A stretch of 64,000 nucleotides of DNA from Acidimicrobiales bacterium (GCA_965208785.1 OZ242356.1:447890-511889), one strand, 5' to 3'; shown: positions 19,201 through 27,702, counted from the stretch's first letter. Notes: generated from the letters alone by a model not told the origin. A program made the numbers and translations.

Positions 19201-19351
19201 GGAGAACCCCACTGAATTGCGCCGGATCATGGCCGAACTGCTGGGCTTGCTCCAGCGCGAGAGCGATCAGCCTGAGGCCGACAACCTGATCAGCCCCGAC
19301 TTGTTGGAGCTCTACGACCAATTGATGTCGGGCTGCATGGTACTCAGCTAG
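16238..19351 (+). CDS. Membrane protein with LysM domain(s) and C-terminal SARP-type wHTH/BTAD domain, 1037 aa
   Basis: TM helices; VKKGDTLWQLA...ILPGWELQLP LysM; second TM; VRVLG...LVAYLA...LWP...VSRARKALG and TDVARFE...ALELVRGTPF BTAD-like segment. Confidence 0.8.
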   Translation: MISNDDQRKDLLRGLSSAALLAGLLIGVPTLLIFGVGWPLPQGTSSASDVTTAIRTGAIPPSFISKSISFVLWILWLQILTGVTIELWAHFHGRVAPQVAFLPRFVQSLSSRFIGAALAMIFSLQHPGIATADNQELLTPTISVMDVDHQIAEEERSPHPGHQQERLRVLAEHYLGDPSRWDEVYVLNQKQEQIVDESLTDSTRIQPGWKFLIPDDTPLPPLLELKRNTPAASNQQFDLQSTDSDTIKITVKKGDTLWQLATHHFGDPKKWVDIYNSNQDIIQDPNVILPGWELQLPAHNSKFEISLFVEPLTMPTAKPSVELSDHSTSVMAYTTSKASVVANVASNREHEQLELAPSAASPLAATSVASRGADEPSALTTQTVFAIGGLGMFASSLGWILARLYRSQRRRLPSERLLASSTSEAVQLEQQLLDASDTDSALFLDASLRAMSIRIAGRTPPKIIGVMLDSDAVSILLDAPAEAPSGFNGSEDNLIWSFSRSERLEHLLTEAEGVSAPLPTLVSVGKNSDSELLLNLEHVTALNLQGDPEAIEKSCAAMAVQLASSHLADDLTVVCVGFGQDLSVFERVEYVPDVASAIGRIAHQHRQNRALSDNHAPFAITRMGNGSDCSQPAVVIIPGELAGEEARRLLEECGSSVCIAAHGLSGATWLGQFDDYGLLVEPIGLRLEPYGLSAAAVAAVAELATTAEDSRRTNPAGDIRATPVAKLATTAQDSHGVVPEMPSVLSPTDIEAPAPVHEQPPIDVEARVLGAVATSQIPEPARRPPTDVEVRVLGTVDVLGAAQSFTSRRALDLVAYLAFHPEGADRDQLKTHLWPPDDPPSESTLANTVSRARKALGVDDNGKPYLPRVSRTGIYRLRPEVGTDVARFEELASAARSDAGERGRQQLQTALELVRGTPFTGGGGEMFRWADFGLRTHIDCMVDTTAHELAERCLEAGDPEGARRAVMTSLRLVGVCEQCYRWRLMAAAENPTELRRIMAELLGLLQRESDQPEADNLISPDLLELYDQLMSGCMVLS
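18335..18440. repeat. Diverged 34-bp direct repeat around a 38-bp insert, period 72, in frame
   Basis: 18335-18368 vs 18407-18440, 29/34 identical (VAELATTAEDS / VAKLATTAQDS). Confidence 0.85.
18515..18624. repeat. Diverged 38-bp direct repeat around a 34-bp insert, period 72, in frame
   Basis: 18515-18552 vs 18587-18624, 33/38 identical (PPIDVEARVLGAV / PPTDVEVRVLGTV). Confidence 0.88.
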
Positions 19352-20775
19352 TGGTTGGTGCTGGGTTGGCCGCTCTCCGAGGAGCTTTGCCGCTCTCCGG
19401 AGGGGTTGGCTGCTCTCCGGATGCGGCGGCGGACCCACCAGATGACCGCAGCGATCACCGCAATGATGGGCAGGAAGGGCAAGAGCACACCGACAACGAT
19501 GAGGATCACGCTGAACACGGCCCTCACTCCGCTGGCGCCATCGGAGATTGAGTCACCGAAGCCGGGCAGCGCATCGTCGGTGTCGATCTGAACCCACACC
19601 ACCGACTCTTCCCACACCTCGTCTAGGGCAGTGCCGTCGAAGTCGACGGGGGTCGCGGTCACCTCCAGCTCAATGGGCAGTCCCCGGGTGGCCACCCGGC
19701 CGGCCAGCCGGCCCTCTTCGATGGGCAGTTCCAACACCGCAGCCATGAGGCCGTTGGGCTCGATGCGGTTGAAGCGGCCTTGGACAACTTGGAAGGAGTC
19801 CAGGTTCAAGCGCAGATTGCGGGTGCTCACCTTCACATCAGTGAGCGCCGAAGCGCCGGGATTCTCCACTTCGAGGCATAGGTAGACCTCGGCGTCGGAC
19901 TCCACGGTGAGGTTCTGCACGCCCAGGCACGGGTCGTCGGCGTCTTCAGACACCCAGGCAGTGACCACGATCCCGGTGTCGGGCAGCACGGTGGGCGATT
20001 GGGTGATGGCCAGGGTGATGGTGGCCAGATCAACCTGGTCTTGCAGGGTACGAAGCTGGCCCCGCAGCCGCTCCAGGGTGGTCTCGCGGTCGAGCAGCTC
20101 CCGCTCGAGCTCGGCCACGTCCTCGAGTCGGGTGGCTTCCTCAAGGAAATTCCGCAGGCGGTCGACACTGGCCTCGGCGGTGACGATACGGCTCCGCAAG
20201 TCGACAACAATCTCGGTCACATCGTCGGAGCTGATCCGCTGGTCGACCAGCTTGCCCACCCCTGACAGCCGCTCGAGCGCAGTGGAGAAGTCGGCGGGCA
20301 CCACCTTGAAGGTGATCTCGATGCGGGGCCGGGGTTCGGTGCGGGTGGTTTGGGAGAACACGATGCCGCCCAAACCCTGCACGATGGACACCGCTTCTCG
20401 GCTGGCCGCTTCCACATCGTCGGCCTGCACGGAGATCTCGGCGGTGTAGATGATGTCGCGGCCCAAATCAGCGGGGGTGAGAGCGGCGGGCACGGCCAAT
20501 CCTTCGCTGTCGAGCGAATCGGGCGATTCAACAGCCGCCTCTTCCGCGGCCATTGCTTCAACCATTGCCTCTTCTGCTGGGGCAGCCGCATCTTCCTCCG
20601 TTGCGTCAGCATCCACATCGAAATCGGCCGGTGCGTCCAAGGCCAGTGACATGTCATCGTCGCCGTTGGATTCGCAGGCGGCAAGAAGCGCACACAAAGC
20701 AAAGAGCACGGCCAGAAGCATGAAGCTGAACGTGCGCCGCCGAGATCTGTTTGGAGTGCGGTTTGCGTCGTGCAT
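19348..20775 (-). CDS. DUF4349-domain lipoprotein
   Basis: Lipobox LAAC, RDIIYTAEISV, DDVTEIVVDLRSRI coiled coil, C-terminal TM; start ATG 20775. Confidence 0.8.
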   Translation of the reverse strand: MHDANRTPNRSRRRTFSFMLLAVLFALCALLAACESNGDDDMSLALDAPADFDVDADATEEDAAAPAEEAMVEAMAAEEAAVESPDSLDSEGLAVPAALTPADLGRDIIYTAEISVQADDVEAASREAVSIVQGLGGIVFSQTTRTEPRPRIEITFKVVPADFSTALERLSGVGKLVDQRISSDDVTEIVVDLRSRIVTAEASVDRLRNFLEEATRLEDVAELERELLDRETTLERLRGQLRTLQDQVDLATITLAITQSPTVLPDTGIVVTAWVSEDADDPCLGVQNLTVESDAEVYLCLEVENPGASALTDVKVSTRNLRLNLDSFQVVQGRFNRIEPNGLMAAVLELPIEEGRLAGRVATRGLPIELEVTATPVDFDGTALDEVWEESVVWVQIDTDDALPGFGDSISDGASGVRAVFSVILIVVGVLLPFLPIIAVIAAVIWWVRRRIRRAANPSGERQSSSESGQPSTNH

Positions 20776-20901
20776 GGTGATCCTCCCCGTGAGTGGTGAC
20801 AGATATGACGAAAGCCAAGCTCGCTGAGTTCCCCGAGCGATCAACGAAACTGTGGCCGCGGTGGATACCCTCAAAGTATCGGAGGTGCGGCTGACGACAC
20901 A

Positions 20902-21453
20902 GTGCTGGTGAATAGAGCCCGAAAGGGCGACCAGGCCGCGTTCGATGCCCTGCTGCGGCGGCACTACAACCATATCTACGCCATCTGCCGACGGCTGGCC
21001 GGCAACGAGGCCGACGCACTGGACGCGGCCCAGGAGGCGCTCATCACCCTGGTCCGGCGCATTGACCGTTTCGACGGGCGCTCGAAGTTCACCACTTGGA
21101 TGCACCGGGTGGTGACCAACGCCTGCCTCGACGAGCTGCGGCGGCGGGGCCGGCGTCCGGTGCCGTCGCCCGTGGAGGAGCAGCCCCTGGCGGCTGTCGA
21201 GCGGCCGGTGGCCGAATCGGCAGGCGACCGGGTGGACATCGAGGCCGCCCTGGCCCAGCTCCCCGAGGCGTTCCGGGTGCCGGTGGTGCTGTGCGACCAG
21301 CTAGGACTCACCTACGAGGAGATCGCCGAAGAGATGGACATCGCCATTGGGACGGTCCGGTCCCGCATCTCCCGGGGACGTCGGCGCTTGGCCGAGCTCT
21401 TGAGCGGGAACCCAGACAACCCCAGCCAACGTCACACTGGGGAGAGACCATGA
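20902..21453 (+). CDS. ECF sigma factor, SigM-like
   Basis: DALDAAQEA, FDGRSKFTTWMHRVVTNACLD, GTVRSRISRGR; position upstream of trxB. Confidence 0.88.
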   Translation: MLVNRARKGDQAAFDALLRRHYNHIYAICRRLAGNEADALDAAQEALITLVRRIDRFDGRSKFTTWMHRVVTNACLDELRRRGRRPVPSPVEEQPLAAVERPVAESAGDRVDIEAALAQLPEAFRVPVVLCDQLGLTYEEIAEEMDIAIGTVRSRISRGRRRLAELLSGNPDNPSQRHTGERP

Positions 21454-21548
21454 ACGACGAACGCGGCCACATGACCCTTCCAACATCGGCCAAATGGACC
21501 ACCCGGCTGCGGAAAAGACCATGAACGACGAACGCGGCCACATGACCC
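21445..21548. repeat. 33-bp direct repeat around a 38-bp insert, period 71
   Basis: AGACCATGAACGACGAACGCGGCCACATGACCC at 21445 and 21516. Confidence 0.95.
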
Positions 21549-22543
21549 CGCAGGAACTCGACGAGTTGGCCTCCGCCTATTTGGACGGGGAGGCCACGGC
21601 GGAAGAGGCCGTCCTGGTGGAGAGCGACCCCCCCTTGCAGACGCTGGTGGAGGAGCTCCGGACCGTGCGGGATCTGGTGGCCGAACCGGCCGAGCTGCCC
21701 TCCGACGAAGTACGCGACCAGATGATTGCCCGCGCACTCGACCACCGCGCTCCGGTTGTGTCGCTGGAAAAGGCCCGACACCAGCTGCGGACCGTTGCTC
21801 CGCAGGCCAGGGTGGTTCTGGCCGCGGCTGCGGTGGTTGCGGCCATAGCCGTGGTTGGTGTGACCATTTTTCAGAGGCAAGGCAGCGAATTGGCCGACGA
21901 CGACATGGCCTCAGCTCCCGCGATGGCGGATGCGCCGGCCGATGTTGAACCTGAAGCACCTGCGCCCGTTCCCGCCGCCGAGCCCGAAAGCGCAGATCTT
22001 GTCGAGGAATCGCTCCCCGCCGCCGACGCCGAACCCCCACAGCCCGACATAGCCGCCGACGCCGAACCCCCACAGCCCGACGATCTCACAGAACCAGAAG
22101 AGGAGGCTGCATCCGAGGATCATGCCGTGGCCCAGCGCGAGTCTCTGTTCGATGAACCGGCGGAAAGCCTCAGCGTCGAGCTAGTCGAGCCCCAGGCGAT
22201 GATGGCGGACGAGGCAGAAGTAGCGCCAACCTCGGACGGAGCAACCTTGGTGTTTGAAACCACCGCCGATCTCGCCGCCCACGCCATGCAGCTCGCTGAG
22301 GAGCAGCATGATCCTGTGGTCATCGAGCGGCTGGATGAGGCTGCTGCCACCGACCTCATGGGCTGCCCGCTGCTGCTTGACGATGGACTCGAGCTGCTGG
22401 CCCGATTCGACGCAATCGTGGATGGCGTCGAAACCCAGGTATCGGTGTACTTGACTGTGAGCGACTTGCAGCTCGCTGAGACAACGCCGCCCCCCGAGTG
22501 CGAGCTGCTCGATTCCCACAGCCTCCTCGACTGGTCGGAGTAG
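21521..22543 (+). CDS. Putative membrane anti-sigma factor
   Basis: ELASAYLDGE N-terminal motif, single TM, acidic extracytoplasmic tail; follows the ECF sigma factor. Confidence 0.75.
   Translation: MNDERGHMTPQELDELASAYLDGEATAEEAVLVESDPPLQTLVEELRTVRDLVAEPAELPSDEVRDQMIARALDHRAPVVSLEKARHQLRTVAPQARVVLAAAAVVAAIAVVGVTIFQRQGSELADDDMASAPAMADAPADVEPEAPAPVPAAEPESADLVEESLPAADAEPPQPDIAADAEPPQPDDLTEPEEEAASEDHAVAQRESLFDEPAESLSVELVEPQAMMADEAEVAPTSDGATLVFETTADLAAHAMQLAEEQHDPVVIERLDEAAATDLMGCPLLLDDGLELLARFDAIVDGVETQVSVYLTVSDLQLAETTPPPECELLDSHSLLDWSE
22019..22081. repeat. 33-bp in-frame tandem duplication
   Basis: GCCGCCGACGCCGAACCCCCACAGCCCGAC at 22019 and 22052 (AADAEPPQPD x2). Confidence 0.92.
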
Positions 22544-22604
22544 CCCCCTCCTCACTCTCCCCCAACATCTGATGTGACGCACCTCGGCGGTAGTCTTGGC
22601 TCCT

Positions 22605-22937
22605 ATGGCTGATGCCGCCGAGCCGAAAAAAGAAGCAACCGCCGCGTCCATGCTGGGCTTGTCGGAGGACTGGCCCGAACAAGCCTCCGATGCTGTGGTC
22701 AATGCCGTGGACAAGGTCCGCAATGTGACCACTGGACCGGTGGTCAACCTCTCTCGGCTCTTGGCCTATCTCGTTTTCGGTGTGTTCCCCCTCGTTATCG
22801 TGCTGGTGTTGGGCACCATCGCCGCGGTGCGGGGTTTGGAGATAGCCACCGGACGGGCTTGGGCCGCCCACGGCATCCTCGGCCTGGTGTTCGTGTCACT
22901 GGGCGCGCTGGCCTGGCGCAGGCGGCCTTCCTCATGA
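22605..22937 (+). CDS. Hypothetical membrane protein (2 TM)
   Basis: DWPEQASDAVV..VDKVR, hydrophobic C-terminal half; ATGA overlap with trxB. Confidence 0.7.
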   Translation: MADAAEPKKEATAASMLGLSEDWPEQASDAVVNAVDKVRNVTTGPVVNLSRLLAYLVFGVFPLVIVLVLGTIAAVRGLEIATGRAWAAHGILGLVFVSLGALAWRRRPSS

Positions 22938-23920
22938 CCGACACCCCCGTGACCGATCAGAGCATCCGCAACGTGGTCATCATCGGCTCAGGGCCAGCCG
23001 GGCTGACCGCAGCCGTCTACTCGGCTCGGGCCAACCTCGCCCCCCTGGTGATCGAAGGCGAGCCATCGTCCACCAGCGACCAGCCCGGCGGCCAGTTGAT
23101 GCTCACCACCGACGTGGAGAACTACCCCGGCTTCCCCGATGGGGTGATGGGCCCGGAGTTGATGGTCAGATTCCGGGAACAGGCCCAGCGGTTCGGCGCG
23201 GAGATGCTCACCGAAAGGGTCAGCCGGGTTGATCTGTCGGGCCCGCCGCACGGCATTTGGGTGGGCGACCCGAACGCGACCGAGCCCACCTACCAGGCCT
23301 GGGCGGTGATCGTGTCCACCGGGGCCCAGTCGCTCATGCTGGGTTTGGAGGCCGAGGAGCGGCTGATCGGACACGGCCTGTCCACCTGTGCCACCTGTGA
23401 CGGCTTCTTCTTCCGAGACCAGCACATCGCAGTGGTCGGCGGTGGTGACTCTGCTATGGAAGAGGCTACCTTTTTGACGCGATTTGCATCAAAGGTTACG
23501 GTAATACATCGAAGAGACGAGCTGCGAGCTTCAAAGATCATGCAGGATCGGGCGTTCGCCAACGACCGTATCGAGTTCCTCTGGAACAACGTGATAACCC
23601 ATGTTCGGGGCCAAGACAGGCTCGCGGGCGTGGAAGTACAGAACACCGCGACCGGAGAAGCCTCGGTGCTAGACGTGACCGGCCTCTTCATCGCCATAGG
23701 CCACCGGCCCAACACCGACCTGTTCGAAGGGCAGCTGAAGCGCAAGGAGAACGGCTATCTGGTTACCCAGCCCGATTCCAGCCACACCGACGTCGAGGGG
23801 GTTTTCGCCTGTGGCGATGTGCAAGACGATGTGTACCGCCAAGCAGTGACCGCCGCCGGTTCAGGCTGCATGGCAGCCATCGACGCCGAGCGGTGGCTGG
23901 AATCCGCTGGACACGGCTGA
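22934..23920 (+). CDS. trxB: Thioredoxin-disulfide reductase
   Basis: IIGSGPAG, CATCDG, VVGGGDSAMEE, GVFACGD. Confidence 0.97.
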   Translation: MTDTPVTDQSIRNVVIIGSGPAGLTAAVYSARANLAPLVIEGEPSSTSDQPGGQLMLTTDVENYPGFPDGVMGPELMVRFREQAQRFGAEMLTERVSRVDLSGPPHGIWVGDPNATEPTYQAWAVIVSTGAQSLMLGLEAEERLIGHGLSTCATCDGFFFRDQHIAVVGGGDSAMEEATFLTRFASKVTVIHRRDELRASKIMQDRAFANDRIEFLWNNVITHVRGQDRLAGVEVQNTATGEASVLDVTGLFIAIGHRPNTDLFEGQLKRKENGYLVTQPDSSHTDVEGVFACGDVQDDVYRQAVTAAGSGCMAAIDAERWLESAGHG

Positions 23921-23983
23921 ATCCGAAAACCGCTGATAGGCTGACTGTTCTTCGACCTATGCAAACCGAAGGGACCCCGAAAC

Positions 23984-24313
23984 ATGGCTGAGAGCATCAC
24001 CACGCTCACCAACGAGACCTTTGATGAGATTATCGGCAGCTCAGAACTGCCGGTTGTCGTCGACTTCTGGGCCGAGTGGTGCGGCCCGTGCAAGATGATC
24101 GCCCCGATTCTCGATGAGATAGCGGTTGAGAAGGCCGGTGTCCTCAACGTGGCCAAGCTCAACGTCGACGATGCTCAAGACGTGGCGCTGCGATACCAAG
24201 TTATGAGCATTCCCACGCTGATCGTGTTCAAAGACGGTGAGCCGGCCAAGCGGATCGTGGGCGCCAAGGGCAAGCAGCAACTGCTCCAAGAGATCGGCGA
24301 AGTCGCCTTCTGA
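23984..24313 (+). CDS. trxA: Thioredoxin
   Basis: WCGPC active site. Confidence 0.98.
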   Translation: MAESITTLTNETFDEIIGSSELPVVVDFWAEWCGPCKMIAPILDEIAVEKAGVLNVAKLNVDDAQDVALRYQVMSIPTLIVFKDGEPAKRIVGAKGKQQLLQEIGEVAF

Positions 24314-24355
24314 TCCATACCCATAGGCTGCGGGGTTGTTGCAGGAGCACCGATT

Positions 24356-25336
24356 TTGGCCGATACCCAGCCCCCCACTTTGAAACGAGGAGACGAGAGC
24401 GAAGGCGTCGCCCTCCTGCAACAGCAGTTGGCGACAGCCGGGTTCGCCCTCGCGTTGGCGGCAAACGGAAGTTTCGATGCCGCTACTGCGGCGGCCGTGG
24501 CTGACTTCCAAGCCAGTCGGGGCCTGACAGTTGACGGAATCTGCGGTCCGCATACCTGGACCGCATTGCAAGAAGCCAATTGGTCTCTGGGCGATCGAAA
24601 CCTGTACTTGAGCCGACCGATGCTGCGAGGAGACGACGTCGCCGAATTGCAACTCCGCCTGGGCTCATTGGGCTTTGACGCGGGGCGGGTAGACGGCATA
24701 TTCGGATCCGACACTGCTGATGCCTTGAAGGAGTTCCAGGTCAACAGCGGTCTGATCGCAGATTCTGTTTGCGGCGAGGACACCACCGCTTCGCTCAAGC
24801 GCATGTCGGCCCGAGTCACTCCGGCCACCGTGGCCGCGGTTCGCGAGCGGGCCAAACTCCAAAGGGCTCCTCGGCGGCTTACCGAACAGCACATCATGAT
24901 CGCATCAGCAAGGGACATGGCCTCAGTGGCCGGCGAGTTGGCCACCGGTTTGCGCCGATCTGGGGCTACCGTGAGCGAAATCTCCAACTGGCCAGAGACC
25001 GAGCGAAGCGACGAGGCCAACCGCCTGGAGGTGGATGTGTACCTGGGACTGCTCCCTTCTGAAGAAGCAGAATGCCGAGTGGCCTATTTTGCCACTGAGG
25101 GATTCGTCTCCCCTGGCGGGCACCGATTGGCCAGTATCCTGGGCCAACGACTCCCTGCCGCCTTGGGCATCGACGAGGCCGACATGAGGGGAATGCGCTT
25201 GCCGGTGCTGAGGCACACCCGCATGACCGCAGTCCAATGCCTTATCGGGCCCCCGGGCCTCGTCCAAGCCCGCCTTTCGCCCCTTGCCCGCACCATTGAA
25301 GGAAGCCTGGCCCAATGGGCCACAATGCCAGCCTGA
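24356..25336 (+). CDS. CwlM-like protein: two peptidoglycan-binding domains plus a degenerate amidase_3 domain
   Basis: FQASRGLTVDGICG and GRVDGIFG PG-binding repeats; RSDEAN and LPVLRHTRMTAV amidase remnants; conserved position after trxA. Confidence 0.8.
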   Translation: MADTQPPTLKRGDESEGVALLQQQLATAGFALALAANGSFDAATAAAVADFQASRGLTVDGICGPHTWTALQEANWSLGDRNLYLSRPMLRGDDVAELQLRLGSLGFDAGRVDGIFGSDTADALKEFQVNSGLIADSVCGEDTTASLKRMSARVTPATVAAVRERAKLQRAPRRLTEQHIMIASARDMASVAGELATGLRRSGATVSEISNWPETERSDEANRLEVDVYLGLLPSEEAECRVAYFATEGFVSPGGHRLASILGQRLPAALGIDEADMRGMRLPVLRHTRMTAVQCLIGPPGLVQARLSPLARTIEGSLAQWATMPA

Positions 25337-25394
25337 GGCACCACCCAGCCAAGGGGCGCTGGTGCTTGCTCTGGAACCAGGCCACAATGCCCGG

Positions 25395-26276
25395 CTAACC
25401 GGCTTGGAGCATTACCCGGTAGATACGCTCCAGGTCATCCAGGTCGGCAAACTGAATCACCATCTTTCCCTGACCCTTGCCGAGCGTCACATCCACCTTG
25501 GTGTCAAGGTGATCGCTCAACAGGCTCTCCAGTTCAAGCACCGCCGCGCCCCGGTCACCGCCGCCCGGTCTCGGTGCCGACTGTTCCGCGTTCTTCGCCG
25601 TCGGCGACACTCCCCGAGCAGCTTGCTCCACCATTCGCACCGTCATGCCGTCGGCCACTGCTTTCTTGGCCAGTTTGATCAATCGCTGACTGCTGGATAC
25701 GCCCAGCAATGCTCGAGCATGGCCAGCCGACAGCGAGCCGTTGACGACCATGGCCTTGACTTCGTCGGGGAGTTGCAAGAGCCGCACTGTGTTGGCCACC
25801 GCCGACCGACTCCGGCCCAGCCGCTTGGCCACGGTCTCCTGTGTGAATCCAAACTCCTCAATGAGCTGCTGGCACGCGACTGCCTCTTCAATGGCGTTCA
25901 GATCTTCACGGTGCAGGTTTTCCAGCAGAGACTGCTCAAGGGCGTCGGCGTCCTCCGCGGTGCGGACAACAGCGGGAATCCGATCAAGCCCTGCCTGTCG
26001 AGCAGCTCGGCAGCGGCGCTCGCCGGCAATCAATTCGTATGCTCCGTCGGCGCGGAGACGGACCAACACCGGCTGAAGCACGCCGACCTCGCGGATCGAC
26101 TCCGTCAGCACGTTCAATGCCGCCTGATCGAACTTGTCCCGGGGCTGGTACGGGTTTACCGAGATGGCATCGAGGGGAAGTTCGAAGAATGACGACGAGC
26201 GCACTCCATCGGTCGTCGAGGAGGAGTCGGAAATGAGTGCGCTGAGTCCTCTACCCAACCCTGGCGAGCGAGCCAT
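25395..26276 (-). CDS. parB: Chromosome partitioning protein ParB
   Basis: GLGRGLSAL, NPYQPR, IAGERR, ENLHREDLN, HTH. Confidence 0.97.
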   Translation of the reverse strand: MARSPGLGRGLSALISDSSSTTDGVRSSSFFELPLDAISVNPYQPRDKFDQAALNVLTESIREVGVLQPVLVRLRADGAYELIAGERRCRAARQAGLDRIPAVVRTAEDADALEQSLLENLHREDLNAIEEAVACQQLIEEFGFTQETVAKRLGRSRSAVANTVRLLQLPDEVKAMVVNGSLSAGHARALLGVSSSQRLIKLAKKAVADGMTVRMVEQAARGVSPTAKNAEQSAPRPGGGDRGAAVLELESLLSDHLDTKVDVTLGKGQGKMVIQFADLDDLERIYRVMLQAG

Positions 26277-27057
26277 CGGCCACCTCCTTGGCTAGTTCAC
26301 GGTAGGCCAGTGCTCCTCGCGACCTTGGATGAGTCACGATTACCGGTGCTCCATACGAAGGTGCCTCGGCCAAGCGAATATTCCGAGGGATCATCTGATG
26401 GCAAACTTTGTCGCCGAAGTAGCTCCGTATCTCCGAGGCCACCTGAGCCGACAGCTTGGTTCGACCGTCGTACATGACAAGCACGATGAGGGAGATCTCC
26501 AGATCGCTGTTGAGGCTGTTGCGGACCAATTCGATGTTCCGCATCAACTGGCCAAGGCCCTCCAAAGCGTAGTACTCGCACTGGATCGGAACCATGACCT
26601 CGTGGGCGGCAGCCATCGCGTTAACCGTGAGCAAGCCCAGCGACGGAGGACAGTCCACGAAGACAAAATCAAATTCGCCATACACGGTGGCCAGGGCAGA
26701 GTCCAGTCTCCGCTCCCTGTTGAACGCGGGCACAAGCTCTATCTCAGCACCGGCAAGATCCAAGGTGGAAGGCGCCACCCAGAGCCTCTCCACCTGGGTC
26801 GGGACAATGCTCTCCCTCAGACTCCCGTTTTGCAGCAAGACGTCGTAGGTGGACACGCCACCGGAAAAAGGATCGATTCCCAGACCGGTGGTGGCGTTGG
26901 CCTGCGGGTCCAAGTCCACCACCAGTACCCGGTGGCCGATCTCGGCAAGGCACGCAGAGAGGTTGACGGTCGTTGTGGTTTTCCCAACCCCGCCCTTTTG
27001 ATTGGCAACCGCGACCACGCGGCGCAGCCGAGGTTGATCCATTTCGCCAATAGACAC
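26251..27057 (-). CDS. parA: ParA/Soj ATPase
   Basis: NQKGGVGKTTT, DLDPQANAT, DCPPSLG, IQCEYYALEG. Confidence 0.97.
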   Translation of the reverse strand: MSIGEMDQPRLRRVVAVANQKGGVGKTTTTVNLSACLAEIGHRVLVVDLDPQANATTGLGIDPFSGGVSTYDVLLQNGSLRESIVPTQVERLWVAPSTLDLAGAEIELVPAFNRERRLDSALATVYGEFDFVFVDCPPSLGLLTVNAMAAAHEVMVPIQCEYYALEGLGQLMRNIELVRNSLNSDLEISLIVLVMYDGRTKLSAQVASEIRSYFGDKVCHQMIPRNIRLAEAPSYGAPVIVTHPRSRGALAYRELAKEVADGSLARVG

Positions 27058-27107
27058 TTGCAGAATTCTCCCTTACCCTAAATCTCAGATCAAGGATACC
27101 CGCTACA

Positions 27108-27123
27108 TGTTCCACGTGAAACA
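27108..27123. promoter_or_regulatory. parS site
   Basis: TGTTCCACGTGAAACA, 15/16 to TGTTTCACGTGAAACA, just upstream of parA. Confidence 0.92.
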
Positions 27124-27138
27124 ACTGCGGTTGACTCG

Positions 27139-27699
27139 CTACACCATTTTAGCTCGATGAAATCTGGGGGGTGCGGAGGTCAGGTCGTCGGGCGTGAAGC
27201 CGTGTGCAGAGAGAAGCTCAGACGGCCAGGGGGTGGCGTCGGGGGCGGCGCTGACGACGAGTTCGCCGCCAGAGCGGAGAAGAGGGGCGGCGGCTTCGAT
27301 CACAAGTGCTGGAGGTCCGAGGCTGCGGGCCGTCACCAGGTCGGCTCGACCCCGATACTGCTCCTGTTCTACCAGGCTCTGGACTGGAGCTTGGTTGACG
27401 ACCACCCGCTTCGACCACCCGAGTCGAGCGCAGTGCAATTCCAGGAAAGCAGCCCTGGACAGCGAGGTCTCAACCAGCGTCCACGACGATTGCGGCCAGA
27501 CTGCGGCCAACACGAGGGCTGGCAGGCCACCGCCGCTTCCCAAGTCCACCGCCACCGTTGGAGTCGCGGCGACTGCCGAGGCGAACCCCAAAGAGTGCTC
27601 GATGTGCTGGTCTATATTCGGACCGCCAACCCAGCCGCGCGTCTGGGCTTGACCGAGCACATCAGCCAGCTTCGATCGGTCTGCACTGTTCAAGTGCAC
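27139..27699 (-). CDS. rsmG: 16S rRNA m7G methyltransferase RsmG (GidB)
   Basis: VDLGSGGGLP, DLVTARS; position between jag and parA. Confidence 0.88.
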   Translation of the reverse strand: MHLNSADRSKLADVLGQAQTRGWVGGPNIDQHIEHSLGFASAVAATPTVAVDLGSGGGLPALVLAAVWPQSSWTLVETSLSRAAFLELHCARLGWSKRVVVNQAPVQSLVEQEQYRGRADLVTARSLGPPALVIEAAAPLLRSGGELVVSAAPDATPWPSELLSAHGFTPDDLTSAPPRFHRAKMV

Positions 27700-27702
27700 A
27701 GA

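Noticed and set aside
10078-19351. Tad locus as an ICE or prophage
   Set aside because: No integrase, relaxase, VirB4/VirD4 or att repeats seen, and no duplicated tRNA 3' ends found.
20861-20902. Possible frameshift at the 5' end of the SigM-like gene
   Set aside because: An ADD motif precedes the first in-frame start, but GTG 20902 still yields complete sigma regions 2 and 4; evidence is insufficient.
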